Source of the DNA: Dehalococcoidia bacterium
Lineage (GTDB): Bacteria; Chloroflexota; Dehalococcoidia; Lucifugimonadales; UBA3495
DNA length: 64,000 nt
Direction of reading: 5' to 3'
Assembly: GCA_963667675.1 (NCBI GenBank)
Contig: OY763929.1
Location: 642-64,641 of the forward strand
The first letter of the stretch is position 1; the number at the start of each line of letters is the position of its first letter. The notes beneath the pieces were generated by a model. It was given only the letters and a program-made list of their open reading frames with translations, did no database searches and was not told where the DNA came from. Positions 27,153-36,081 of the stretch are shown here, in pieces. The position numbers and the translations under genes were made by a program.

Positions 27153-28280
27153 TTAGAGGAACGAAAGTTTCTCGAAGCTCCCGTTGACGATGGGCTTGGC
27201 GTCAAGGCCAAACCAGTCCTCGGCAATGGTGCTGTAAGCCCCGCGGAAGTCGTAGTTGGGCACCAGGTCGCCCTGTTCCAGGTCTTCGGCCTTCCGGGAC
27301 GGGTACTCCCCGTAGAAGCCGCCCTTGACCGGTTCGCCGATTACGAAAGAGGCCCCGGCGGCCCCGTGGTCGGTGCCCGACCCGTTGTCCCGTACCCTCC
27401 GGCCGAACTCGGAGAACACGTACATGACAACGTTGTCCCCCCGGCCGTGCTCCCGCAGGTCTTCGAAAAACGCTCCCACTCCCTGTGACACGTCCTGCCA
27501 CAATTTGGGATGGGCGGCCATCTCGCCAGCGTGGTTGTCAAAGCTGCCGTGCTGGGTGTAGAAGATGCGCGTCCCCAGGTCGGCCAGGTAGACCTGGGCG
27601 ATGTCCCTCAGGTGGTTGGCGATACTCGTGTTGGGGTACTCCACGTTGGAGGAATACCTCTCCGGCGCCACCTTGACGATATCGGCGCCCGTTAGGGCGT
27701 CCATGCCGGTGCTGCGCAGGTAGTCGTTCACCGGTCCTGCGCCGATGGCGGGAGAGTACATGCGGGCAAACAGGTCCAAGGCCTTGGCCCGCTGTTCCTG
27801 GTCGCTTATCCCCGTCAGCAGACCGTAGGTCGACAGGTCGGAGATGGCGGCCACCGGCACGCCGGGCACCACCAGCGCCCGGGGCAGGCCGTGGCCGAAG
27901 TTGACCGCGGTCAGCACGTTGTCCTTGTTGGGGTCCAGCGCCTTGGCCACCCTGCCGGCCCACCCTTCTACCCCTATTATGTCCGGCTCGCAGGTATGCC
28001 AGATGTCCATCGAGCGGAAGTGGGACCGCGGCGAATTTGCGTATCCTATGCCGTGGATGACCGCCACGTTCCCCTGGTCGTACAGTTCCTTGATTGGACC
28101 CATGTCGGGCATGAAGGCCATCTCGTCATCCACCTGGAGGAGGTCCTCCAGCGGATACCTGACGACTGGCCGGTTGTCCACGTACAGTGGGTCGTTGTAT
28201 GGGATGACCGTGTTGAAATAGTCGTTGCCGCCGCTTAGCTGCAGGACCACTATCACCGGGTCTTTCGTTGTTGAGGTCAT
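27153..28280 (-). CDS. DUF1501 domain protein (sulfatase/alkaline-phosphatase-like fold), no signal peptide
   Basis: VLQLSGGNDYFNTVIPY...GIGYANSPRSHFRSMDIWHT...SEFGRRVRDNGSGTDHGAAG. RBS AAGGAGGA. An in-frame TAA at 28320-28322 excludes an N-terminal extension. Confidence 0.85.
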   Translation of the reverse strand: MTSTTKDPVIVVLQLSGGNDYFNTVIPYNDPLYVDNRPVVRYPLEDLLQVDDEMAFMPDMGPIKELYDQGNVAVIHGIGYANSPRSHFRSMDIWHTCEPDIIGVEGWAGRVAKALDPNKDNVLTAVNFGHGLPRALVVPGVPVAAISDLSTYGLLTGISDQEQRAKALDLFARMYSPAIGAGPVNDYLRSTGMDALTGADIVKVAPERYSSNVEYPNTSIANHLRDIAQVYLADLGTRIFYTQHGSFDNHAGEMAAHPKLWQDVSQGVGAFFEDLREHGRGDNVVMYVFSEFGRRVRDNGSGTDHGAAGASFVIGEPVKGGFYGEYPSRKAEDLEQGDLVPNYDFRGAYSTIAEDWFGLDAKPIVNGSFEKLSFL

Positions 28281-28330
28281 GCTCGGTCCTCCTTTGACTC
28301 TCGATTCCCGTACTCCGGATTACCGGAAAT

Positions 28331-29740
28331 CTAACCGAACTGGTACTCGGTTGTGGCGCCGATCATCGCCAGTGTCTCTCCAATTCGAGTCCCGGCGGCC
28401 GCTTCGTCGCTCCAGTCCAGATCACCTCCGCCCCTCATGTACTCCAGCAATTGCTCGCTGGTCTCGTCTGCAAGCTCCAGGTAGCCCATGTGGTCCAGGG
28501 CAGCCGCCAGCAACTGCTCCGGCGTTGTTACCCCGGCGGCCTTCATGTCGGCGATGATGCTCTTCACCCCCGGCAGGCTGGTGTCGGCCATGTGGTCGGC
28601 AACAAAGTTGACCCTGGCCAGCAGCGAGCCGCTGTTGATCCACTCCTTGCCGGTGTACCACCCCTCGACGCTCGGCGGGTCCAGAACGGCCTGGCCCATG
28701 TAGTCGGGTTGCTCGCCCAAAGTCCTGATTCCAGGCGTGGGTTGGTCCCACTTGCCCACCAGCCGCAGAGTCCCGGCTATCACCTCCGCCGGGCTCTTGA
28801 TCTTCGAGAACCGGGCGTCCTTGAAGAACTGCGAGGTGAATATGGTGCGGAGCACGGCTTTCAGGTCGTAACCCGAGTCTTCGAACGACTTCATCATTTC
28901 CGCCAGGGCTTCCTCGTCCCTGGCCGGCTCGATGGTCCACGCCGGCACCTGCACCTCGTCAGCCACGAAGAAGTTGTACAGGTGGCGGCAGATGAACCGG
29001 GACGTCGCCGGCTGCTTGACCACTATGTCGATGATATCCTCGCCATTGAAGTTGCCCGTATGCCCCAGGAAGGTCTTCTCGGTTTCGTCGTGGTCTTCTT
29101 CCCGGTAATCGAAGTACCACGGGAACCGGCCATAGGGCAGACGCGGCATCTTGGGGGTCACTGTCCACCCGGTGAACGCCCGGGAGGCCTCCCGCACGTC
29201 CGTTTCGGTGTAGTTGTTGACCCCCATCGAAAACAATTCCAGCAGCTCCCTGCCCCAGTTCTCGTTGACCGCGTCCCGGTGATTCTCATTGTTGTCCAGC
29301 CAGAAAATCATGGCGGGGTTTTTCGACAGTTGCACCAGCAACTCGCGATAGTTGCCCATCCCGTATTTCCGGAACATGTCGATTTGGTCCAGAACCAGGT
29401 TGCAGTTGTCCACTTTCGCGTTGCCCGTGGCAAAGACCTGGTGCCAGAACAGCCCCATCTTATCCAACAATGGGTTACGGCTGTTGCGCAAGCTATACAT
29501 GTACCGGGCCTGCCCCATTGTCGGCGTGCCGCCCGGCAGGAAAGTGCCGGGGTGGTAGCGGTAAAGCAGCGCATCCACGCTCGCCTTGCCGGCGGGGTCC
29601 TCGGGCGGTGGGTTCAGAAGCTCCTCCACCGTCGCCTCATATCCCTTGGCCACCCTCTCTTCCAACTCTTCCCGGGCCGCGCCGAACCCCGCCCGGCGCA
29701 TCAGGTGGGCCATTAGGGCCATCTCGTCCTTTTTAGCCAT
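28331..29740 (-). CDS. DUF1800 domain protein, copy 2
   Basis: 469 aa starting MAKKDEMALMAHLMRRAGFGA. Same hallmarks as copy 1. RBS GGGAGA. Confidence 0.75.
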   Translation of the reverse strand: MAKKDEMALMAHLMRRAGFGAAREELEERVAKGYEATVEELLNPPPEDPAGKASVDALLYRYHPGTFLPGGTPTMGQARYMYSLRNSRNPLLDKMGLFWHQVFATGNAKVDNCNLVLDQIDMFRKYGMGNYRELLVQLSKNPAMIFWLDNNENHRDAVNENWGRELLELFSMGVNNYTETDVREASRAFTGWTVTPKMPRLPYGRFPWYFDYREEDHDETEKTFLGHTGNFNGEDIIDIVVKQPATSRFICRHLYNFFVADEVQVPAWTIEPARDEEALAEMMKSFEDSGYDLKAVLRTIFTSQFFKDARFSKIKSPAEVIAGTLRLVGKWDQPTPGIRTLGEQPDYMGQAVLDPPSVEGWYTGKEWINSGSLLARVNFVADHMADTSLPGVKSIIADMKAAGVTTPEQLLAAALDHMGYLELADETSEQLLEYMRGGGDLDWSDEAAAGTRIGETLAMIGATTEYQFG

Positions 29741-29823
29741 AAAGAAATCTCCCGCCGCTGCAGATTACCTGCGGCGGCGTCGCTAGGTATTGGTCTGGAA
29801 CAACGCTATTACCCTATGCACGC

Positions 29824-29853
29824 ACTATAGGAAATAAAGGCCTCGGCTGTCAA
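29824..29853 (-). promoter_or_regulatory. Promoter of the DUF1800-DUF1501-NHL operon
   Basis: Reverse strand reads TTGACA-N18-TATAGT, about 85 nt upstream of the ATG at 29740. Confidence 0.55.
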
Positions 29854-29936
29854 TACTTTCGCGTAAGCGCGACGTGCGGACTGGAACCGTAACAAGCTGG
29901 AAAGCGTCGAATGGACGCTGCGGCATGAACCCCTAA

Positions 29937-30971
29937 TCACGACCGCAACTGCACCTTTATGGACCCGCTGGACTTGTCGTAGGCGGTGGCCAGGGCCTGG
30001 GGCATTTCTGTGAGGGGATAGGTATGGGTCACCATGGGCTTCAAGTCCACCGCGCCTGACGCTATGAGGCCTATGGCCGTTTGGAACTCGTGCCGGCCGT
30101 TGTCTATTCCGTAGCACAGCGAGAAGATGACCGACTGCTCCTTTATCAAAGGCTGCAGCCAGTCGGTGGGGCTTTGACCGTAGAAGACTCCCAATACCAC
30201 GATGCTACCCATAGGACGAGTAAGTTCGACGGCCTGCACGAGTGTAGCGATGTTGTCGGATCCTCCCACGGTCTCCACCGTAATATCTGCGCCGCGGCCG
30301 CTGGTGAGACCGTAGACGGCGTCTTTGGCGGCGGCGTCAGCGGGGTCCATAACCACGTCGGCCCCCAATTTCGTGGCAAGCTTCACCTGGTGCGGGTGCC
30401 TTGCGGTGGCTAGGATCTTCCCCGCTCGCAAAGCTTTGGCGGCCGCTATCGCGGTGAGGCCGATGTTTCCTGAGCCCAGCACGACCACTGTGTCTCCCGC
30501 CGTCAGCCCTCCCCGGTGCAGCCCGCGGATGGAGACGGCAAGTGGCTCTACCAGGGCGCCTTCTTCCCAAGTCATGGATTCGCCCAGGGGATAGCAGGCC
30601 GCGGCCCGGCGGGTGACGTACTCGGCAAACCCGCCGCCGCCCCAGCCCCGTTTCCCGGCGCAATGGGTGTATTGGCCCCGCCGGCAGTACCAGCAGGCCA
30701 GACAGGCGTTTCCGTGACCAATAACCTCGACAGCGACCCTTTGGCCGACTATCGACGGGTCGACGCGGGCGCCGACCTCTACGATCTCCCCGGCGGTCTC
30801 GTGCCCCCCGGGAACGGTCTCGGGCTCCTTCAGCCGGCGGTAGTAGTTGAGGTCGGAGCCGCAGATCCCCTCGGCAGTTACCCTCACCAGCGCATCGTCC
30901 GGGCCGGGGGCCGGACGGGGAACACTCTTGACTTCCACGGTGTCGACGCCGTTCCACAACGCAGCGAGCAT
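29937..30971 (-). CDS. Zinc-dependent alcohol dehydrogenase (MDR family)
   Basis: Start at MLAALWNGVDTVEVK (RBS GGAGG). GICGSDL, GHETAGEIVEVG and VLGSGNIG motifs. Confidence 0.85.
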   Translation of the reverse strand: MLAALWNGVDTVEVKSVPRPAPGPDDALVRVTAEGICGSDLNYYRRLKEPETVPGGHETAGEIVEVGARVDPSIVGQRVAVEVIGHGNACLACWYCRRGQYTHCAGKRGWGGGGFAEYVTRRAAACYPLGESMTWEEGALVEPLAVSIRGLHRGGLTAGDTVVVLGSGNIGLTAIAAAKALRAGKILATARHPHQVKLATKLGADVVMDPADAAAKDAVYGLTSGRGADITVETVGGSDNIATLVQAVELTRPMGSIVVLGVFYGQSPTDWLQPLIKEQSVIFSLCYGIDNGRHEFQTAIGLIASGAVDLKPMVTHTYPLTEMPQALATAYDKSSGSIKVQLRS

Positions 30972-31232
30972 TTCGACCTCCGGGCCGTTGGGCGTTGGGC
31001 TACCGGCGACGAGACTGAGCGTACTGGATAATCTGGGGATGGGCAACGGCTCAGACCGTATTCTACATGGGGCGGCAAGGGAGGGCGGGCCCTGAGACAG
31101 GTCTTGGTATGCTGGGACCACGAGATCAAATGGGGAATCGCAGCGGGTGTCAGCCTAGTCCGTTTGCCCAGATGATGTAGAATACAGCGCAGTTTGGCCT
31201 GAATTACCCTCATATCATCCTGAAGAGCAGCT

Positions 31233-33011
31233 TTGGCCTCTAACCCGACAGCGCAAAACCCACGCTACGAACCGCAGGAGAACCCGTCTGCACGGGCCTC
31301 GCTGGGCTACGGGCTGCAGTTCAGCCTGATAGCCTCGGCCGCGCTGCTGGTGACGCCGGTGGTGGTGGCCCAGGAGTCCGGCAGGGGAGAGGCGTACCTG
31401 ACGTGGATGGTCTTCGCCTCCCTATTGGTGTGCGGCCTGGCCACCCTGCTGCAGGTGCGCCGGCTGGGTCCCGTTGGCGCCGGCACGGTCCTCCCCATGT
31501 TCACCGCCGCCTTTGCCATTCCATTCTGCATTACGGCGGTGGTGGACGGCGGGCCGGCGACGCTGACGACCTTGGTGCTGGTGTCGGCGGTGGTCCAACT
31601 GGTCATATCCAAGTGGCTGTTCATACTGAGAAGAATCGTCACGCCCACGGTGGGCGGCACGGTAATGATGATTCTCTCCATCACACTGGCCTCGGTCGTG
31701 TTCGACCTGCTGGACAAATCGTCGCAAGTTGAGCCTACGGCCGCTCCGCTGTCCGCGCTGGTCACGTTGATCATCGTCGCCGCCCTGGCGCTGCGGGGAT
31801 CGGAGTTGTTGCGCCTGTGGGCTCCGCTGATAGCAATCGTAGGCGGCTGCATAGCCGCCGCCGGGTTCGGAATCTACGACGCCGACCGGATATTGAACGC
31901 GCCATGGGTGGGACTTCCCAGCGAGGCCCCGGGACTGGCCCTGGACTTTGGAGTGGACTTCTGGACGCTGCTCCCGGGGTTTCTGTTCCTAGGGGTAATC
32001 ATTTCGATTCAGGCCAACGGAGCGTCCATTGCCGCGCAGCGCGTCTCGTGGCGGGCCGCCAGGGCAGTGGACTTTCGGCAGGTGCAGGGCGCCCTGTCTG
32101 GCGGCGGGGTGACCAACCTGATGGCGGGACTTGCCGGCACAGTACCCAACATCATCAACGCCGGCACCGCGGCCTTCATCCAGACTACCGGGGTCGCTTC
32201 CCGCAGGGTTGGCTACTTCATCGGCGCCATCCTGATTCTGCTGGCCTTCGTGCCCAAAGCGTCGGCGGTGCTCAGCTCCATTCCCGGGCCGGTAATGACC
32301 GGATACCTGACCCTGGTCACCGGTACCCTGTTCGTGGACGGCGCCCGGACGGTTATCCAGACCGAAGAGAACAGCCAGAAGGTTATTGTGGCCGGAGTCT
32401 GCTTCTGGATTGGCGCCGCCTTCCAGTTCGGACTGTTCGAGTTGCCCGACCTGGCCCCGTGGTTGGAGGCTCTCTTCGCCAGCGGCGTCACCACCGGCGG
32501 CTTCGCGGCGATAGCGATGATCCTCTACCTGGAGTTCACTAACCCCCGGCGCATGAGGTTCACGTCTCCGCTCAACGTAGACTCCCTGCCTGACCTGAAC
32601 GAGTTCATCGCCAGGTTCGCCCGGCGTAGGGGTTGGAGCACCGAGATGAAGGACAAGCTCAGCGCGGTGGCGGAGGAGACGCTGCTGACCATGGCCCCGC
32701 TGGACCTGGAACTGAATCTGGATGCGGAAGCGGACTCGGCAGAATCTGAAGAGGACAAGGGCGACGAAAAGCAGTTGGTGGTTGTGGCCTCCAGCGACGG
32801 CCCGGTGGCCATCCTGGAGTTCATCGGCGGAGGAGACGAGGGCAATGTCGAGGACAGGGTGCGGCAGCTCCAGCAGTACGGCGAGGAAGCCCCGGCAGAG
32901 GAGGAGCTTTCCCTACAGTTATTGCGGAGTTACGCCTCCTCCGTGCAGCACCAGCAGTACCACGACACCAACATCATCACCGTGCGGGTGGACCCTCCCG
33001 GAACCCGGTAG
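31233..33011 (+). CDS. NCS2-like (xanthine/uracil permease family) membrane transporter with a C-terminal cytoplasmic extension of about 145 aa
   Basis: Multiple TM segments. IPGPVMTGYLTLVTGTLFVDG resembles the NCS2 signature. Acidic C-terminal domain. TTG start with a weak RBS, so the start is uncertain. Confidence 0.6.
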   Translation: MASNPTAQNPRYEPQENPSARASLGYGLQFSLIASAALLVTPVVVAQESGRGEAYLTWMVFASLLVCGLATLLQVRRLGPVGAGTVLPMFTAAFAIPFCITAVVDGGPATLTTLVLVSAVVQLVISKWLFILRRIVTPTVGGTVMMILSITLASVVFDLLDKSSQVEPTAAPLSALVTLIIVAALALRGSELLRLWAPLIAIVGGCIAAAGFGIYDADRILNAPWVGLPSEAPGLALDFGVDFWTLLPGFLFLGVIISIQANGASIAAQRVSWRAARAVDFRQVQGALSGGGVTNLMAGLAGTVPNIINAGTAAFIQTTGVASRRVGYFIGAILILLAFVPKASAVLSSIPGPVMTGYLTLVTGTLFVDGARTVIQTEENSQKVIVAGVCFWIGAAFQFGLFELPDLAPWLEALFASGVTTGGFAAIAMILYLEFTNPRRMRFTSPLNVDSLPDLNEFIARFARRRGWSTEMKDKLSAVAEETLLTMAPLDLELNLDAEADSAESEEDKGDEKQLVVVASSDGPVAILEFIGGGDEGNVEDRVRQLQQYGEEAPAEEELSLQLLRSYASSVQHQQYHDTNIITVRVDPPGTR

Positions 33012-33208
33012 TAGGGTTAGCCCCGGCCACTTCCGTTTTCCGCCGCGTTAGCCGGGCAATTCAGGGTATTCTCATTCCGCGTGTAGCCTCAGATGTTGGC
33101 TCTTGATGCAAGACCGCCCGTTTAAGGGTACAATCGGGGGCAGATGCCGGGCGCGTCGCCTGCCCCGGTGCAGAATGGAAATATCCCGGCGAAGAGGGAG
33201 GTAGACCG

Positions 33209-34567
33209 ATGGCTTTCGACCTGCTGGTGAAGAACGGCCGCCTAATCGACGGTTCCGGCATGCCCGCATTCCGCGGGGACCTGGGAATCAGAAACGGGCT
33301 CATAGTTGAGTTGGGCAAGCTCAGCGGGCCGGCGGACCAGGTCATCGACGCCGACGGCCTGGCGGTCTCCCCCGGCTTTGTGGACAACCATTGCCACTAC
33401 GACGCCCAGGTCACCTGGGACCCCCTGTGCACCTTCTCCTGCTACCACGGGGCCACCACGGTGGTTATCGGCAACTGCTCGCTGGCCGTGGCGCCGGTGC
33501 GGCCCGGGGCCCAGGACCGCGTCTGCGAGTTCCTGTCCCGGGTGGAGGCGATTCCCATGGAAGTGCTGCGCACGGTGGACTTCTCCTGGGAGACCAACGC
33601 CCAGTACATGGACGCCCTGGACGGGCGCATCGGCGTGAACGTCGGGACTCTCATAGGGCATTCGGCGGTCAGGTACTACGTCATGGGAGACGAGAGCCAG
33701 GGAAGGGAGGCCACCGAGGCCGAGGTACAGGAGATGCAGCGGGTGGTGAGCGACGGCATCCAGGCCGGGGCATTGGGCCTGTCGGTGTCCAAGAACATGG
33801 GCCACTTCGACCCCCAGGGCGTGCTGGTGCCCGCCGTCTGGGCGACGGAAGACGAGATTTTCGCCCTGGGCGACGTGTTGAGGGAACTGGGCACGGGCAT
33901 CATCCAAGGCGGCGGCGGCAGGGCCGCTGAGCTGGAGAACCGGCTGATGAGCCGGCTGGCAGAGGCCACGGGCCGCCAGGTGCTGTACAACAACCTTAAC
34001 ATCAGCGCCAAGAACCCCGGCGGTTGGAAGAAGCTCAAGGGGATGGTCGAAGAGAGTTCCAACGCGGGCATAAGGGCCTACCCCCTGACTACCCCATACA
34101 AGGTGCCGGAGAGCGACGAGGACCTGGAAGCCCTGCGGGAGATTCTAAACTTCCCCAGCGCCATACTGGGTCTTTCCGACGGCGGCGCCCACGTGCAGAT
34201 GCACGGCGGGTACGGCTACAGCACACGCCTGCTGGGTTACTGGGTCAGGGAGCAGGGAATCATGTCCCTGGAACACGCGGTGCGGCGGCTGACCTTCGAG
34301 TCGGCCTCGGCCTTCGGCATCTACGACCGGGGGCTGCTGCGGCCGGGCATGGCCGCCGACATTACGATATTCGACCCGGACACAGTCCAGACGCTGCCGG
34401 AGGAGCGGTTCGACGACTTCCCCGCCGGCGGCTGGCGCATCGGGGAGATGGCGGAGGGAATCAAGACCACCATCGTCAACGGACAGGTACTCTTGGAGGA
34501 CGGCAAGCATTCCGGCGCGCTGCCCGGACGGGTGGTCCGCAACCCGCTGTACAACTCTGACGCATAA
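33209..34567 (+). CDS. D-aminoacylase-family amidohydrolase, short form
   Basis: MAFDLLVKNGRLIDGSG...PGFVDNHCHYD. RBS GGGAGG. Lacks about 130 central residues relative to 372-2126. Confidence 0.75.
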   Translation: MAFDLLVKNGRLIDGSGMPAFRGDLGIRNGLIVELGKLSGPADQVIDADGLAVSPGFVDNHCHYDAQVTWDPLCTFSCYHGATTVVIGNCSLAVAPVRPGAQDRVCEFLSRVEAIPMEVLRTVDFSWETNAQYMDALDGRIGVNVGTLIGHSAVRYYVMGDESQGREATEAEVQEMQRVVSDGIQAGALGLSVSKNMGHFDPQGVLVPAVWATEDEIFALGDVLRELGTGIIQGGGGRAAELENRLMSRLAEATGRQVLYNNLNISAKNPGGWKKLKGMVEESSNAGIRAYPLTTPYKVPESDEDLEALREILNFPSAILGLSDGGAHVQMHGGYGYSTRLLGYWVREQGIMSLEHAVRRLTFESASAFGIYDRGLLRPGMAADITIFDPDTVQTLPEERFDDFPAGGWRIGEMAEGIKTTIVNGQVLLEDGKHSGALPGRVVRNPLYNSDA

Positions 34568-34617
34568 GCAGAGCGCGTCACCGGCGGCGTTTCAGAGCCG
34601 GTAGAAACCCTGAAACA

Positions 34618-34660
34618 GAAAACGGGCGGCCCAGCTTTGCCAGGCCGCCCGTTTCTTTTG
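34618..34660. terminator. Bidirectional rho-independent terminator
   Basis: ACGGGCGGCC ... GGCCGCCCGT (34622-34631 with 34643-34652), followed by TTCTTTTG on the plus strand and TTTTCTGTTT on the minus strand. Lies between convergent genes. Confidence 0.8.
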
Positions 34661-34705
34661 CCTTGTTCAGCGCCGCGTCGGCGCGCTTGGGTTCTTGGCA
34701 GAGCG

Positions 34706-35950
34706 CTAGGCTTCCTCGGTCACCTCGGCTTCCACCGGCTTGTTGGTGGCCGGATCCACCTCGAAGGGGCTGTAAAGCTCCAACTCCTTGGCCATCTCGT
34801 GTATGGCCGGGATGACCTCTTCACCTTTCAGGCGGAGACTGCGCATGGTGTCCTCGTGGGTCATGGAGCCGTCGCCGTCCCATAGGAAGATGCTGCCAGG
34901 CCTCAGGTACTCCAGCACGTGGCGAATTTTGGGTATTACCGTCTTGGGCGTGCCCGAGATGATGCTGTAGCTGGTGGTCTGGTCTTCGTAGGCGACACCC
35001 TCGCCCGCCCGGCCCGCGACTAACGCGGAACGAGTGGGGAGCAGCCCCCTGCGTTGGGTGTGGCCGGGAAGACTCATGATGGCATTGTTGTTGGTGCCCT
35101 CGTTGCCGGCCAGGAATGGATTGCTGGGGCCCTGCACGTACTTCCTGCCTACCTCGTCGGCCAACTCCTCAGTTTCGTCCACGTGCACCTTGAACACGTA
35201 AGCCGTGTTCTGGGTCCCGGCCTCGTACCCCAGCTCCGCGGCGGTGTCTTTGTACAACTGGAAGCACTGCTTGGTCGGCTCCAGAGCGGTGGCCAGCATG
35301 ACGTATGGGTAGCGGTGCTCGGCAGCCCAGGTCACCGTCCTGGGGCTGGCGATGCCGGGAATCCAGACCGGGGGGTGAGGCTTCTGGTAGGGCATGGCCC
35401 AGGGGTTCACGTAGCGGTACTGGTAGTGCTTGCCCTCCCAGCGGAACGGGCCCGGCGTGGTCCATGCCTTGATGATAAAGTCGTGGGCTTCCTGGAACCG
35501 CTCCCAGTTATGGGCCGGAGGGGCGTTGTGGGCGATGCTCTCACGGCCGGTGCCCCGTACAAAACCCGACACCAGGCGGCCGCGGGAAATCATGTCGATT
35601 ATCGACAGTTGCTCCACCAGCCACAATGGGTCTTCCCAGATGGGCAGGATGTTGCCCAGCAGGACGATTTTGGCTTTCTTGGACTGGCGGGCATATATCG
35701 CCGCCTCCAGGTTCATCACGCTGCCCATGCAGAAGGGGGTGCTGTGGTGCTCGTTGATGTTGATGGCGTCGAACCCGACCTCCTCGGCGTACAGGTACTC
35801 GTCTATGTAGCGGTTGTAGAGCTCGGCCCCCAGCTTGGAGTCGTAACTCTCGTTGCTCAGAGTCAGGTCCTTGATGGGCAGTCCGGTAGCGCCGAAATAG
35901 CCCGACGCCGGGTCCTGATAGGGGCGCTCGGTGACGTGACCGATGAACAT
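34706..35950 (-). CDS. LLM-class flavin-dependent oxidoreductase, tandem copy A
   Basis: 414 aa starting MFIGHVTERPYQDP...ININEHHSTPFCMG. RBS GAGGAGAAG. Confidence 0.85.
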   Translation of the reverse strand: MFIGHVTERPYQDPASGYFGATGLPIKDLTLSNESYDSKLGAELYNRYIDEYLYAEEVGFDAININEHHSTPFCMGSVMNLEAAIYARQSKKAKIVLLGNILPIWEDPLWLVEQLSIIDMISRGRLVSGFVRGTGRESIAHNAPPAHNWERFQEAHDFIIKAWTTPGPFRWEGKHYQYRYVNPWAMPYQKPHPPVWIPGIASPRTVTWAAEHRYPYVMLATALEPTKQCFQLYKDTAAELGYEAGTQNTAYVFKVHVDETEELADEVGRKYVQGPSNPFLAGNEGTNNNAIMSLPGHTQRRGLLPTRSALVAGRAGEGVAYEDQTTSYSIISGTPKTVIPKIRHVLEYLRPGSIFLWDGDGSMTHEDTMRSLRLKGEEVIPAIHEMAKELELYSPFEVDPATNKPVEAEVTEEA

Positions 35951-36021
35951 CTACTTCTCCTCGAGGGGCAGGGATCGGCGCAGGCAAACCCTACCCGTGT
36001 CAGCGTCTAGGTGACTTTGCT

Positions 36022-36050
36022 ATGGTAGCAATACGACAGACTGGGGTCAA
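36022..36050 (-). promoter_or_regulatory. Promoter of LLM copy A
   Basis: Reverse strand reads TTGACC-N17-TACCAT. The -10 box is embedded in the palindrome GCTACCATAGC (36019-36029). Confidence 0.5.
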
Positions 36051-36081
36051 TCGCAGGCGAGGCCGATGGGTGAAGCAGACT

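Noticed and set aside
26945-27226. 93-aa minus-strand ORF in and next to the 223-bp gap between DUF1501 and NHL
   Set aside because: It overlaps the 3' end of the DUF1501 gene in another frame and has no RBS. The gap does contain a CCGGCGG-gtaa-CCGCCGG hairpin and a CTAGAGgggCTCTAG palindrome just upstream of the NHL RBS. I could not assign a function to either.
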